DNA of 64,000 nucleotides. Origin: an uncultured Methanoregulaceae archaeon (GTDB lineage Archaea; Halobacteriota; Methanomicrobia; Methanomicrobiales; Methanospirillaceae). Shown here one piece after another: positions 11,321-22,424 of the stretch; positions within the stretch are counted from its first letter, which is position 1; each line of letters starts with the position of its first letter. Under the pieces are notes generated by a model. The model ran no database searches. It worked only from the letters and a program-made list of their open reading frames with translations, and was not told where the DNA came from. The stretch lies in assembly GCA_963737635.1 (NCBI GenBank), contig CAVTTL010000001.1:736001-800000 (forward strand). The letters are read 5' to 3'. Position numbers and translations under genes: made by a program.

Positions 11321-12376
11321 CTACATCACCAGATATTTTACGATCGTCTCCGGGGGAAGTTTGGATTCTTTCCCCCGTGCCAGTGCCCGAAGGTTGAACA
11401 CTTCGTACTTCTTTTTCTCGAGATAAACGAGAATCGGGTAGATGGAAAAGGGATTACGCTTGGAGAGCTTCTCCATCTGTTCCAATTGTACCCGAACAAG
11501 GAGTAATGCAATTTCATGAACCGGCCGTTCTATCTCCAGCCCTTTAAGGAGCTCGACCAATGGCTCGGTGCGGACCCTTGCCCTGAGCTGGTCGGTAAAT
11601 TCCCGGTAGTCTTTGATCGTGTTTAACGTGCCAAAGTCTGCGGCGGTAATAGAGCCACCGGAAATATAAATGTCCTTTGCATCTTCCTGAACCTCGGCTG
11701 CCCGTAGCCGGAAGAGCGTCAGGACGTTTTTGATGTCAATGTCCAGCCGGATAAAGCTCAGGAACAGCCGGCCACCGGCGTCCCCGCCGCTGGATTCTGC
11801 AATGATATCCGCGTAAAACTGCTTGTACAGTTCGTTTTCCATCCTTGCGTACGAACCGGTCTCTTTTGCCACCGGGTACTCGCGGGCGAGGACCGGGTAG
11901 ATACTGCGCCCTTTGAGAGCCTCAATGACACGATCCGGGCTGTCCTCCGTGAGGAGCCGGTCAAGCACGGTCTTGTCAAGGCTCCCTGCTGGAACGAGAA
12001 CTTCCCTGATCTTGCCGGCTTTTTCCCCTTGGGATTTTCCCCGAAGGATAGTAAGCACGTTCTGGATGTCCCAGTAACGGAGGTACGAACGGGTAAACTG
12101 CTTGAGTATCCCGGGCGTGATTTTCAGGATTCTCTGGTACTCCTTCGCGAGGTTCCAGCTTAACGCCACCTCTATACGGTCGATCCCCTTGAAGGTTGTG
12201 CCCAGCTCGTCAATCTCCTGTTTGTATGACGTCTCTTCGATGACCCGGGTAATTTCTGGGAGGCTCATATTGAGCATCCGCATGTACTCCTCGCGGGGAA
12301 GAAGCTTGGACTTCCTCACCCGCATCCTGGTACAGACGTAGATAGTGGGCGCTGAAATGCCTTTTATCCCTGCCAT
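11321..12376 (-). CDS. atpC: A-type ATP synthase subunit C
   Basis: [38 protein letters not shown]; operon position. Confidence 0.92.
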   Translation of the reverse strand: MAGIKGISAPTIYVCTRMRVRKSKLLPREEYMRMLNMSLPEITRVIEETSYKQEIDELGTTFKGIDRIEVALSWNLAKEYQRILKITPGILKQFTRSYLRYWDIQNVLTILRGKSQGEKAGKIREVLVPAGSLDKTVLDRLLTEDSPDRVIEALKGRSIYPVLAREYPVAKETGSYARMENELYKQFYADIIAESSGGDAGGRLFLSFIRLDIDIKNVLTLFRLRAAEVQEDAKDIYISGGSITAADFGTLNTIKDYREFTDQLRARVRTEPLVELLKGLEIERPVHEIALLLVRVQLEQMEKLSKRNPFSIYPILVYLEKKKYEVFNLRALARGKESKLPPETIVKYLVM

Positions 12377-12388
12377 ACCTGTATCACC

Positions 12389-12964
12389 CTATCCGAAGAG
12401 GAGATCAGATGCATCCTTGAGCCCGGATTCCCATACATTGTTCATAAACGTGCGATAACTGTAATCTATCTGCAGCTCATTACCTTCGCCTTCAACAAGG
12501 ATTCCGCCGTCGATATCGACCGGATCGCCTAAGGTATAGCCTGAGAATTCCTTATCGGCAAGGATATCTTTTGCCGCAGTCACATCCCTTGGGTTACAGT
12601 GGATCCTGCCCCGGGGGATCTCCTTTTTTGCTTCCGAAAGGAGTTTTTTGATTGCTTCACGATGGAAGCTTTCAGGGAGCCGGGCAATCTCCAAGAGAGT
12701 ACTCTCGTACACGTCATCAAGGAGCCCTTTTTGTGTGTTAAGGATCTCGCGCTTGACAAGGAGGTTAGCTGCCGACGTATCCTGAGCAATGAACTGGGAT
12801 ACCTGTTTAGCTGATACCTCCTCCGCTTCCATTTTGATCCTTGCAACCTTTTCGTTTGCTTCCGCAAGAATCCGGTCTGAGTCCCGTTTGGATTCGGCAC
12901 GGATAGCATCCGCTTCCTTTTTGCCTTTTTCCCTGATCTCTTCTAGTACTGCTTCCAGTCCCAT
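12389..12964 (-). CDS. atpE: A-type ATP synthase subunit E
   Basis: MGLEAVLEEI..., IDGGILVE, IDYSY; start taken at ATG 12964. Confidence 0.92.
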   Translation of the reverse strand: MGLEAVLEEIREKGKKEADAIRAESKRDSDRILAEANEKVARIKMEAEEVSAKQVSQFIAQDTSAANLLVKREILNTQKGLLDDVYESTLLEIARLPESFHREAIKKLLSEAKKEIPRGRIHCNPRDVTAAKDILADKEFSGYTLGDPVDIDGGILVEGEGNELQIDYSYRTFMNNVWESGLKDASDLLFG

Positions 12965-12977
12965 CGTCTGCCTCGCT

Positions 12978-13226
12978 TTAGAACAGGAGCAGAAGTGCAA
13001 TGACAAGACCGAAGATGACAATGGTCTCTGGAATGACCGTGAAGAGCAGGCCAAGACCGAAGAAATCCTTGTTCTCCGCAATTGCGCCAACTGCCGCGGC
13101 CCCGATACCCATCTCGGCGACACCGGTACCAACACCGGTGAGACCGACGGCAAGACCTGCCCCGATAGCCTTCATTCCTGCCTGCGATGCCTGTACCATA
13201 TCAAGAGTCATGTTAACGTCTGCCAT
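12978..13226 (-). CDS. atpK: A-type ATP synthase proteolipid subunit K (c), single hairpin
   Basis: AIGAGLAVGLTGVGTGVAE..., IPETIVIFGL with the ion-binding Glu. Confidence 0.95.
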   Translation of the reverse strand: MADVNMTLDMVQASQAGMKAIGAGLAVGLTGVGTGVAEMGIGAAAVGAIAENKDFFGLGLLFTVIPETIVIFGLVIALLLLF

Positions 13227-13229
13227 AAT

Positions 13230-15204
13230 CTAATCCTCCGTAAATCTTCGTTTCATTCCAAATGGACTATACTTCCTTCCTCCACCCTTATAGAATTTGG
13301 TGAAGAATTCAACGTAATGCAACCTGATTGAGTGGAGCCCACCACCCAGAATACCCAACGCCAGATTGAGCGCATGGCCCAGTAAAAAGACCACGACACC
13401 CACAATGATCAGAACAATTCCAAGAATTGACATATTTTTCAGAGCGGGCCCGATGAACATACCGATGGACATGTAATTGACGACCATCGCGATAGCCACC
13501 GATGAAAGGCCGACGGCTACCAGACGTGCGTACGATAAAACGTGCGATATGATCGTCGGGAGTTCAACGATCTCAAGGACCGAATCCCGCGCAATGAAAA
13601 TGACACCCATCACGACAAAGACAATTGCAACAACGAGACCGACCGAAAGCCCGGCAAAAACTACCGGGAGCTTGCTGAGGTCCGGCATCAGGGGAAGCGC
13701 AAACATCGACCAGATGCCTATGATAATCCCCCACATCACCGTGATCCAGCCGAAGTTTGCAAGGACTGCTTTGATCCGGTGTGGTCCGTGATCCTGACGT
13801 GCGTGGTTAACCATCCCGAGCGTCCTACCGAGCGTGATATGCAGGATCCCTATCCATATAGAGACTACCATCAGCTGTGCAATGGCGGGTCCCTGCCCAG
13901 CTGCTTCAGTCCCACCGATGTTGAGGTGCCTGCTGAAGATGATCGGCGCCCAAGGAAGCTCAAATCCCAGAAATTCGCTGAACAGAATACCAAATATGAT
14001 GCTCGATATGCTTGCATTCCTGAGCACAACAAGAAATTCACGGGCGTCGTCGCCTTTGAACACCCGGCGAAGTGCAAAGCACATGATAAGGAGCAGCAGA
14101 CCGTACCCGACATCCCCGAGAATCAGCCCGAAGAAGAGCGGGAACACGATGGCCAGCATCAGCGTCGGGTCTACTTCCGTATACATTGGGCGGGAGTAGA
14201 TGTCCATGAGCATCTGTGCAGGCTTTGCAAACGATGGGTTGTTGTATTCCACCGGAACTGCTTCATGCATCGGATCCACCGGCAGTTCGGTGACAAAGAC
14301 TTTTCCGCCAGTTACCTTGTCAAGCGCCGTACTGATACTCTGGATACTATCCGCCGGGACCCAACCTTCTGCCACAAACACTTCTGACGTTGTTGCAAAC
14401 CGCAGGGGTGCCTCGGCCTGTTCGATTTTCACCCGGAACGCTTCCTCGCAGGCGACCAGAAGCCCGGTGTGGGATTCCTTGATCTGTGCGAGTTTTTCGT
14501 TGATAGCAGCGATCTCTTTTCTGAGCGTCGCGATCTGTTCCGTATAATACGAAGTACGTACTTGGGCAGTGCCGTTTTCCTCGGGAATGGTCACTGCCTG
14601 GAACTGCGCCTCCTGCAGAACCCGCTCAGCTTCGACCCGGTTTTTCTCCGGAACGATAGCGAGAACAAATGACTTGTCCTTGCTTTTTATCACCTGCATC
14701 TCATTTGGTACGGTCAGGTTCAGGTCGCCATTCACATAGCCAGCAAAGACGCTGAAATGCTGGAAACCGCGTAAAAGAGCGAGATCTGCCGGGATCGCCA
14801 TGAAAGGGGCGAGTTCTACAATTTTCTGTTCGTACTCTTTTACTTTCGTGTCTGAGCTTCGAGCGGTCGCCTGCCAGATCTTCAACCTCTTTTTCGATAG
14901 CGGGAAGATCCTTTTCGATCTGCGAGCGGATCCGGGGCAGACTCAGTTTCTGTTTTGCTTCAATATCTTCGCCACGGATGGCAAAGACGTTCTCGATTGC
15001 CCTGACCTTGACAAGCTCGGTGGAGGCCTCAGTTGCTCCCTCAAGCGGCGTACCGATCTTAAAACCGTCGTATCCTTCGCGTCCCTGATCCACATAATCT
15101 TCGATATGAAACAGGTTCCCGCGGTACAATTCCTGTATGATAGGCACAGCCTGATCCCGCGAGGCGACGATGAGCAATTTGCCCATCGGTTTAGGCGCTA
15201 ACAT
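13230..15204 (-). CDS. atpI: A-type ATP synthase subunit I (a), split by a 1-nt insertion near 14853 (probable sequencing error)
   Basis: Two ORFs join as DRSKLDTKVKEY; FGLILGDVGYG, VLSYARLVAVGL, LHSIRLHYVEFF. Confidence 0.92.
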
Positions 15205-15520
15205 GCAGCTGCTCCTTAAACCGCGATACCAGCAGCTGCACTGCCTTTGAAAGGTTCTTTTTGCCCTTCTCCTTCAATGCCACTGAGCGCTGATTTCCCT
15301 CCCTGAGAATCTCAGCGTGCTTTTGCGCTGCCTGGTGCCGTGCTTCTTCCAGTTTCAGCTTCTTGTATTGTTCAGCATTGCTTTGCGCCTTTGTTATAAG
15401 GTTATCAGCTTCCAGCTCGGCCTGGGTGCGCTTTTTCTTTTTTTCTTCCTGTGCCGCACTGATCATCGACTGATACTCAGATTCAGTTTTCTTGATGTCG
15501 TTAAGGACCTCAGTTTTCAT
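15191..15520 (-). CDS. atpH: A-type ATP synthase subunit H
   Basis: Charged helical protein MKTEVLNDIKKTE...; first gene of the operon, GGAGG RBS. Confidence 0.88.
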   Translation of the reverse strand: MKTEVLNDIKKTESEYQSMISAAQEEKKKKRTQAELEADNLITKAQSNAEQYKKLKLEEARHQAAQKHAEILREGNQRSVALKEKGKKNLSKAVQLLVSRFKEQLHVSA

Positions 15521-15600
15521 CCAACCCTCCACTCACGGCAGTACCGTACTTGGTGAAAATCACAATATATGTATTGTTATTTACGATTTCAGGTCTTTTT

Positions 15601-16107
15601 TTATGAGTGCGAACGCTTAGAGGGTGAGATCCCGGGGAAAGATCGGCGATTCGTGCCCGGCTGTACCTTTTCCACGATAATTGCGGCAGGGATCGGGGAG
15701 ATCGTAATACCATCGTGGGTCATGCGCATCGTAAGGCCCGCGAGTTCATCAGATGAACAGACAAGATGCTGTTCCGGATGTGTCCCTCTAACGATAGAAC
15801 AGCTTGTCTGGATTTCAGGTGAGACCGAGACAACATAGGGAATCCTTTTCGATCCCGGGTGGTCGCGGGGCAGAACGATAAGTGGAAGGTGGTACGTCCT
15901 GACCAGTTCCAGAAGCATCAGGGCGGGTTCAATAGGGCCTCCCCCGGGAGCGGAGACCACGACCACATCGCCGGCATGCACTGCCTGGATATATTCCTCA
16001 TGGCTGGTCTCGATAGAAAGAGCAAACTTCTCACTGATGGCAGCGACAAGCAGAAAAGAATGTGCGCCCTTCACGAGCAGGACGTCGTTACAGGCTGAAT
16101 CGTTCAT
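15601..16107 (-). CDS. Hypothetical protein
   Basis: 168-aa ORF from ATG 16107 overlapping the upstream stop (ATGA); RDHPGS and C..RGTHPEQH..C motifs. Confidence 0.7.
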   Translation of the reverse strand: MNDSACNDVLLVKGAHSFLLVAAISEKFALSIETSHEEYIQAVHAGDVVVVSAPGGGPIEPALMLLELVRTYHLPLIVLPRDHPGSKRIPYVVSVSPEIQTSCSIVRGTHPEQHLVCSSDELAGLTMRMTHDGITISPIPAAIIVEKVQPGTNRRSFPGISPSKRSHS

Positions 16108-16259
16108 AGCTCGACTACATCTTCTGACTGGCAGGAGGGACACATGGGCCGTTTGCCGATCCCTTTGAACCGTTCGCCGCATTCCTTGCACCGGTAGTCC
16201 TTTGCGGTGACCCGGTCCGGGGGCAGATCGATATCTGTTGGTCCGCCAACACTACACAT
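16104..16259 (-). CDS. Small zinc-ribbon protein (51 aa), absent from the ORF track
   Basis: MCSVGGPTDIDLPPDRVTAKDYRCKECGERFKGIGKRPMCPSCQSEDVVEL*; two CxxC pairs; GAGGTGA RBS; stop overlaps next start. Confidence 0.85.
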   Translation of the reverse strand: MCSVGGPTDIDLPPDRVTAKDYRCKECGERFKGIGKRPMCPSCQSEDVVEL

Positions 16260-16364
16260 GGGCAATCACCTCACTACTCTAATCTCCCCAGCTATTATTT
16301 ATGCCTGTTTACCCCGCTTCCACTTGAGGCCGGGATATTAAAAAGGGCCCGCGGATTGTGACCG

Positions 16365-18297
16365 CTATACGACAATGATGAAACTGAAGGTGATAAGAGC
16401 GATGATCAAAAGGATGCAGGAGTGCTTGACCCCGGCGGCAAGCGATGCCTCCCCCATTTGTCCGGCGATTAATCCCGAGAAGAACGCTTGGATCAGGCAC
16501 GCATGGTAGAGAAGCCGGTCTAACGACCTGACCGGCACGGACCCGATACCGGAGAGCGGCCCGGCTCCCGAAATCCCCGACGTCCCGATATGGGAGAGGA
16601 CCGGCAGGAACTGCGTGGAGAGGACGGCGACGACAAAGAGGAAGACAAAGAACGAAAGGTAGACGATCGCCGTATAAATGAACATCTCGCCAAGTCTCTC
16701 TTTTTTGAGAGTCTCGCTCATCTTCGCATCGCTTGCGGCTATAGCGAGTACCTCGCCGATCTGCCCGCTCATCTCGCTTGCTTTTGTGATCAGTGTCACT
16801 GTCCGGGCGATAGCCGCGGTGCTGATCCGCTGCTCAAAGCGTATCAGCGCTTCGGAGAAGTTCACCCCCCAGTCCATATCCCGCTTGATCCGCCGGATCT
16901 CGTAGCTGAGGAGGCCGAGGTTGGTGTTGACCATGATCCCGATAGCCTGCGCAACCGTCAGACCGACCCGGTTGATGCCGGCCATCCGCTCCAGAAAGTC
17001 CGGGATCATTGTCTGGATCCCCCTGACCTTCCGGGCCCAAATCTCGTAGAAGATCGCATAGGGGACGAGAACGATCAAAAGGGCGATCACGACATGGGCG
17101 TTGATCACCTGGATGAAGAGCTCGGTATCGGCATAGTAAGGTGTATCGTGGAGGACCAGAGCGAGGTAGATGATCGCCAACGGGACGGTGATGTAGAGCG
17201 TATGGCTGACGTCGTTGACAAAACTCTCGAATGGGTGGCGGAGATAATGGGTGAACGTCCGCACCTTGTCGTACATCCGAAGCTGGTCAAAGAGCGGTTC
17301 TTCGCTGGCCCTTTTCTCCCGCCGGACATCCGCATACGTGTTGAGCCTCCTTGGCCTTGGTATAGCGTTCGGCTTTTTCTGCCTTACCCGAGACAAGATC
17401 GACAAGCAGGATAAAGATCAGTGACCCGATAGGCATGATCGCATAGATGACAATCGAAAGCTGAATGACCGCTGACCCCCCCATCATGCCCATGACTACC
17501 ATGATGATGATCAAAAACAGAGGGCCGGCGACAAAGAGGGTTACGTAAGATTCCGCAACCATGGAGAGAATGGTCAGGAATTGTTTCTGCTCGAAACGCG
17601 CCTCTTCCTGGTAGAGCCTGACCCGGCTTGCAAGGAACTCAGAGAGATTGCCACCACTTCCGATAACAGAGATGAGGTCCTCAAGGAAATCCTTGAGCTT
17701 TTCCGAGGGCGTGGTCTCGGAAAGGTGCCGTATGGCTGACAGGACGTCTGATCCAAAAAAGTCGACATCCCGGGTGACCTGCCGGAACTCAAGCGCGACT
17801 TCACCATAGATGGGGGCGTTCTCAGAGATGGCGGAAAAGATCACCAGCAGCTCCGCCCCGCCCCGGCGCATCGCGTACATATAGGCGACCGCGTTGTGCA
17901 GCGTCAGGTTAATCTTGACGCTCCGGTTGGTCTTCTCGATTTGCGGGATACGGAGCATGAGGTGGTAAGTGATGTATGCCCCGAATGCAAACGAGACGGC
18001 GACGCTTGCCGAGACAACTACGGTGGGACTGGAGAGAAACGTAAGGCTTTCGGGCAGCTGTAGGTTGAAGACATTGTAGATGCCCCGGCCGGACTCGACC
18101 TGCCGGGCAAAAAACTCACTCACTGCGTACCCGAGGACCCCAAAGAGGACGCCGGAGACGATCGAGATCCTGATGGATTTCCAGAGGTATTGTTCGAGGG
18201 TCCGGCCGGACCGGGACGAGATGAGATCGGTATGGAGGCCGTGGTACCGGATCGGGTCGCGCAGCAGCCATTTCTGGAGGGTGTGCCGGAAATTCAT
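16365..18297 (-). CDS. Type II/IV secretion platform protein (TadB/TadC/FlaJ-like, two T2SSF domains), split by a 1-nt insertion near 17346
   Basis: IYGEVALEFRQ, TPSEKLKDFLEDL, IPDFLERMA, IAGQMGE..LAAGVKHS. Confidence 0.88.
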
Positions 18298-20010
18298 CAG
18301 AGTACCTGTCTGAGATCATCGCGGTGGGCGAGTACGTCCGCACGGTTGATCTGATACTTGTGGAAGATGGAGGCGGACGAGATGTAATCCCGGATCCCCT
18401 GCGTGTGCATCGCGTCGAGCAGGCCTTTTCTCACCGCGATCTCGTTATCAAGCTCTTCCCGGGTCCAGCCGCGTTTGGCGGCGATCGTGCTATAGATCTG
18501 CGAACGGCCGGTGTAGCTGGTTTGGTCATGGACCGGGTCGTACTCGAAAACGTTGTTGACCCTGAGGTTGCCGGTCGCCGGATCGATCCCGACAATTTCA
18601 ACGACCTCCTGGACCCTGCGCACCCGTTCTGTCCCCCGGTAGATGAGAGCCTGGACGCTGATGATGTTTAACGCCTGGACCATAGTGCGCGGCACGTTGA
18701 GAGGTTCGTTCTCCAGCCGGTGGATGGCCGCATCGATGCTCCCCGCATGCATGGTGGAGAAGGTGGTGTGGCCGGTGTTCATCGCCTGGAAAAGTGTTTG
18801 TGCCTCGGGGCCCCGGACTTCTCCCACAATGATGTACTCCGGTCGCTGCCGCATAGCGGCCCGGAGGAGATCGAACATGTTGATGGCATTGCCGCCCTCT
18901 GTGAGCGCCTCCCGGGTAACACTGGCAATCCAGTTGTCATGGTAGAGCGTGATCTCCCGCGTGTCTTCGATGCTGACCACTTTCGCGATAGGGGGGATAA
19001 AAAGTGAGACGGCGTTCAGTGATGTGGTCTTGCCGGATGCCGTCCCGCCGATGAAGAGCAGGCTCATGCCATTCTCGATGGCAAGCCAGAAAAAGGCTAG
19101 TTCGTCGCTCGAGAATGTGCCGTACTCCATGAGCTCGATCGGCGAGAACGGTTCTTCCCTGAACTTTCTGATGGTAAACGAGGTGCCCCGGGTGGTCACC
19201 TCGGTCCCAAGTGTCAGCTGGAGACGGGAGCCATCGGGAAGGGTCGCGTCCAGCATGGGTGAGCCGGTCGATATGTGTTTTCCAGAGCGCTGGGCAAGGG
19301 TGATGGCAAGCGAGTTTAAGACGGTTGCTTCGAATGCGATGTTGGTCTTGATGTTCCGGTGTTTCCGGTGGGTACAGGAAGATCGGGATCAGGCTGCCGT
19401 CGCAGGAGATATCTTCGAGATTTGGGTCCTTCATCAGCGGATCGATCCGCGACCAGCCAATGAAGTTCCTGATAAGGTAATATTCGATCTTGAAGAGCGT
19501 GGACTGGTCAAGGATTAGGCCGTAATCATCAAGGAGGCCATGTACCTTTTCGAGCAGAATTTTTTTGCGGTCTTTTTTAATTTCATCCGAAGTCAGGATC
19601 AGGACATCAAGGAGATCCTCATGCAGGCGCTCGAGAAGTTCATACTCGAACTCCGAGAGCGGTGGTTCAAAGAGAAGATACTCCGTCTGGTTTGTCTTCC
19701 TGTTAAGTGCGATATATATCAGGGTTTTGCCTTCTTCGATCCAGTACTGGTCAACCAGATCGTATCCTGCCGGCAGCTCCGCATTCACAAGCGGGCCATG
19801 TTTTGCATAGTTGTACTCCTCGTCCAGCGTTTTCTTCTTGGTTTTGAGGATCTGAAAATAATACCGGTAGCTGGCCTCGCGTTTACCGGACTGGCCAGGA
19901 GATGTACCGACATCCCGGGCGGATGATTTTGTGGTATCTTTTTTTTCCTTGACGGCCCTTACCCGGGACAGGTATTCTTTAAATTTTGAAAAAAGATCTG
20001 AAATCTGCAT
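18297..20010 (-). CDS. Type II/IV secretion ATPase (FlaI/TadA family), split by a 1-nt insertion near 19370
   Basis: LEDISCDG, DATLPDGSRLQ, GGTASGKTT, SIEDTRE, RQRPEYIIVGEVRG, AMNTGH. Confidence 0.92.
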
Positions 20011-20230
20011 AAACCTGCTCCTCACAGAAAGTGCATATCTCTTCGAATTAATAGTTCTGTGGACACTTATATATATAATTACAAAAACGGCACCGAATGC
20101 ATAATATATACAAGAGAATTGTCATTTGTTTTCCTGAGAACGAAAATCCGTCGTGCACGCACAGATATCTTTATCTCTGCTCCCATGAGATTTTAAAACC
20201 ATATAATTCGCCGGATATGTGGAGTATCTG

Positions 20231-21057
20231 ATGCAGGAAACACAGAAAACAAGGATGCCCACCGGGATCGCGTCGCTCGATCCTATCCTGGCAGGGGGAG
20301 TCCCGCCGGGTACCCTGACTCTCCTTGTCGGGGATATCGGGGCAGGACACTATGAATTTGCCTACAGTTCTACGCTCAATTTGCTCGCAGGAAAAAATCG
20401 GCCCACTGACACCGGTACTCTCTCTCCGAAGAAGATCGTATATATTACGTTTACCCGGCTGGAGGCTGACATCCGCCATGAAATTGAACAGTCATTCCAG
20501 GCAGAAGGAGCAACGGAGCAAATGGACGGTATTGCCTTTGAGGATCTCTCGGATCTCTATTTTGACCGCAGCATCGTCCCTGATTCCTGGTACAGCCACA
20601 GCAATACCTTGACCCGGCTTCAGAAGCGTTCCGAACATGCAAATATTTTCATGAGACTCGCAGAGATTTTTACCACGGCAGAGCCGGACAGTATGATTAT
20701 CATTGATTCCATCACCGATATCGCCACGCAAACCGCCCTCCCCAGTCTCTGGGCTGACCTAACCGCCTTTCTCCGGGGCCTCCAGCGGCTCTCGAAAACG
20801 AGAAACCTGACCGTCTACCTCCTGCTCAGCAGGGGTATCATTGATGCGGCCAAGGAGATCGAGCTTGCCGATATTGCCGACGCTGTTTTTTATTCCGGTG
20901 GGAGGAGAGCGTCAGCTCAAGGCGCCAGAGGGTGATGTTCTTTGAAAAGTTCCGGGGAGTCATGCCTTATCTCGAAGAACGGGACCTGGTGAAATTTGCA
21001 GTCAGGATCTCCACTACCGGAGGATTCGAAGTGAGCAATATCAGGATGGTCATATGA
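20231..21057 (+). CDS. RAD55/KaiC-like protein with degenerate Walker A, split by a T-run deletion near 20890
   Basis: PTGIASLDPILAGG, GDIGAGHYEF, IIIDS; corrected C-terminus LFRWEE...FEKFRG...GGFEVSNIRMVI* overlaps next ATG. Confidence 0.82.
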
Positions 21058-21752
21058 AAGGCGAACGGGTAAAGATGGGTATCTCCGGCCTCGACGATAT
21101 GCTTGGAGGCGGGCTTCTTGCAGGAAGCATCTGTGCCATCATTGGGACATATGGTACAGGAAAAACCACCTTTTCCCTCGATTTTATCTGGGACGGACTC
21201 AAACGGGGGGAACGCGTTATTTACATCAGTCTCGAAGAACGTGAAGACAGACTTATCCTGTATATGAAACAAAAAGGCTGGGACGTCGAACCGTACCTGA
21301 ACAAATTCCTCTATATCATCAAACTTGATCCGACGGATTTCAATCTGGCAAACAACCGTATTAAAAATGAACTCCCGAACCTGATCAGTGAGATTGAGGC
21401 GAGCCGGGTAGTGATCGATCCGATTTCCCTGTTTGAGGATCTTTTCGGAAGCGATGCGGAGCGCCGCCGTGAGATGTTCCGGTTTATCGAAGGACTGCGG
21501 GACAAGGATTGCACTATAATGTTGACATCGGAAACGGACAGCAACAACGCATTCTCCAGCCGGCACGGCCTGATCGAGTATCTTGCCGATACCGTGATCC
21601 TGCTTCGCTATGTCCGTTCAAGTGATCTCACGGATGTTCACCTTGCACTTGAAGTGGTGAAAATGCGGATGTCGGCCCACTCCCGTGAGATCAAGCCGTA
21701 TGAGATCGAGCAGACCCAAGTAACAGTGTACTCGGAAGCGAACGTCTTCTGA
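21054..21752 (+). CDS. KaiC-domain ATPase (RecA superfamily)
   Basis: GISGLDDMLGGG, GTYGTGKT, YISLEE, VVIDP, VVKMR. Confidence 0.9.
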   Translation: MKGERVKMGISGLDDMLGGGLLAGSICAIIGTYGTGKTTFSLDFIWDGLKRGERVIYISLEEREDRLILYMKQKGWDVEPYLNKFLYIIKLDPTDFNLANNRIKNELPNLISEIEASRVVIDPISLFEDLFGSDAERRREMFRFIEGLRDKDCTIMLTSETDSNNAFSSRHGLIEYLADTVILLRYVRSSDLTDVHLALEVVKMRMSAHSREIKPYEIEQTQVTVYSEANVF

Positions 21753-21833
21753 TGCCACTGTTACCGAACATTCGAGATCTACAACTAACGCCGGAAAATC
21801 TCTCTTTTGGCCCATTTTGGATTTTCCATTCTT

Positions 21834-22100
21834 TTATGAGACGGTTATACCGAATATATTGAGCAGAACGAGGATCAGTACGCCGGGAAGTCCCCCGATG
21901 CCGGATATGATAATCGTTGCCAGGTTGTAGCCCAGATCGGGCCTGCCCACCCACTGCATTACGTGGAGCGTGTTGAGGGCAAACAAAACAATGAGACCAA
22001 GAACGGCGTTGATGACCAGCACCGCTAGTTTTTTTACCAAATAATACGCTATGGCCAAGATCGCGATAATAAGGATGACCGCAAGGAGAACATCACTCAT
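21834..22100 (-). CDS. BofA-like small membrane protein
   Basis: INAVLGLIVLF..N and IISGIGGLPGVLILVLL pattern of the pro-sigmaK processing inhibitor family. Confidence 0.75.
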   Translation of the reverse strand: MSDVLLAVILIIAILAIAYYLVKKLAVLVINAVLGLIVLFALNTLHVMQWVGRPDLGYNLATIIISGIGGLPGVLILVLLNIFGITVS

Positions 22101-22424
22101 AGTTATGTATCACTGTTATCTGGTTACCTCATAGTTATTTAATAAAATTGCTTCCAATTTGCCCGTTTTTTGGGCTGGAGATAACTGTGGTATGCGTTCA
22201 CCGAAAAGGCGGTTGACTTCGTTTTGATAAACATAAAACATTTATTTGCCTTAAAGATAAAATAAAAAGCGTAAACCATATTTCGTACAACCAACAAATA
22301 TTCTCTTCCTTGTGACATCATCGTTCAGACCGGGCATGAGGATATCCATTCCGAATTCCGGGATGAATGGGGCATTTCCACTGCCTTTCGATCTGTGTGC
22401 ACTAAGAATAGAGGAAGGGCTTCC

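Noticed and set aside
13230-15204. atpI and other split genes as pseudogenes or programmed frameshifts
   Set aside because: Single-base lesions at recurring 4-mers, no slippery heptamers and no further decay; sequencing error is simpler
21834-22100. Sporulation function for the BofA-like gene
   Set aside because: The family is widespread in non-sporulating archaea; no other sporulation genes here
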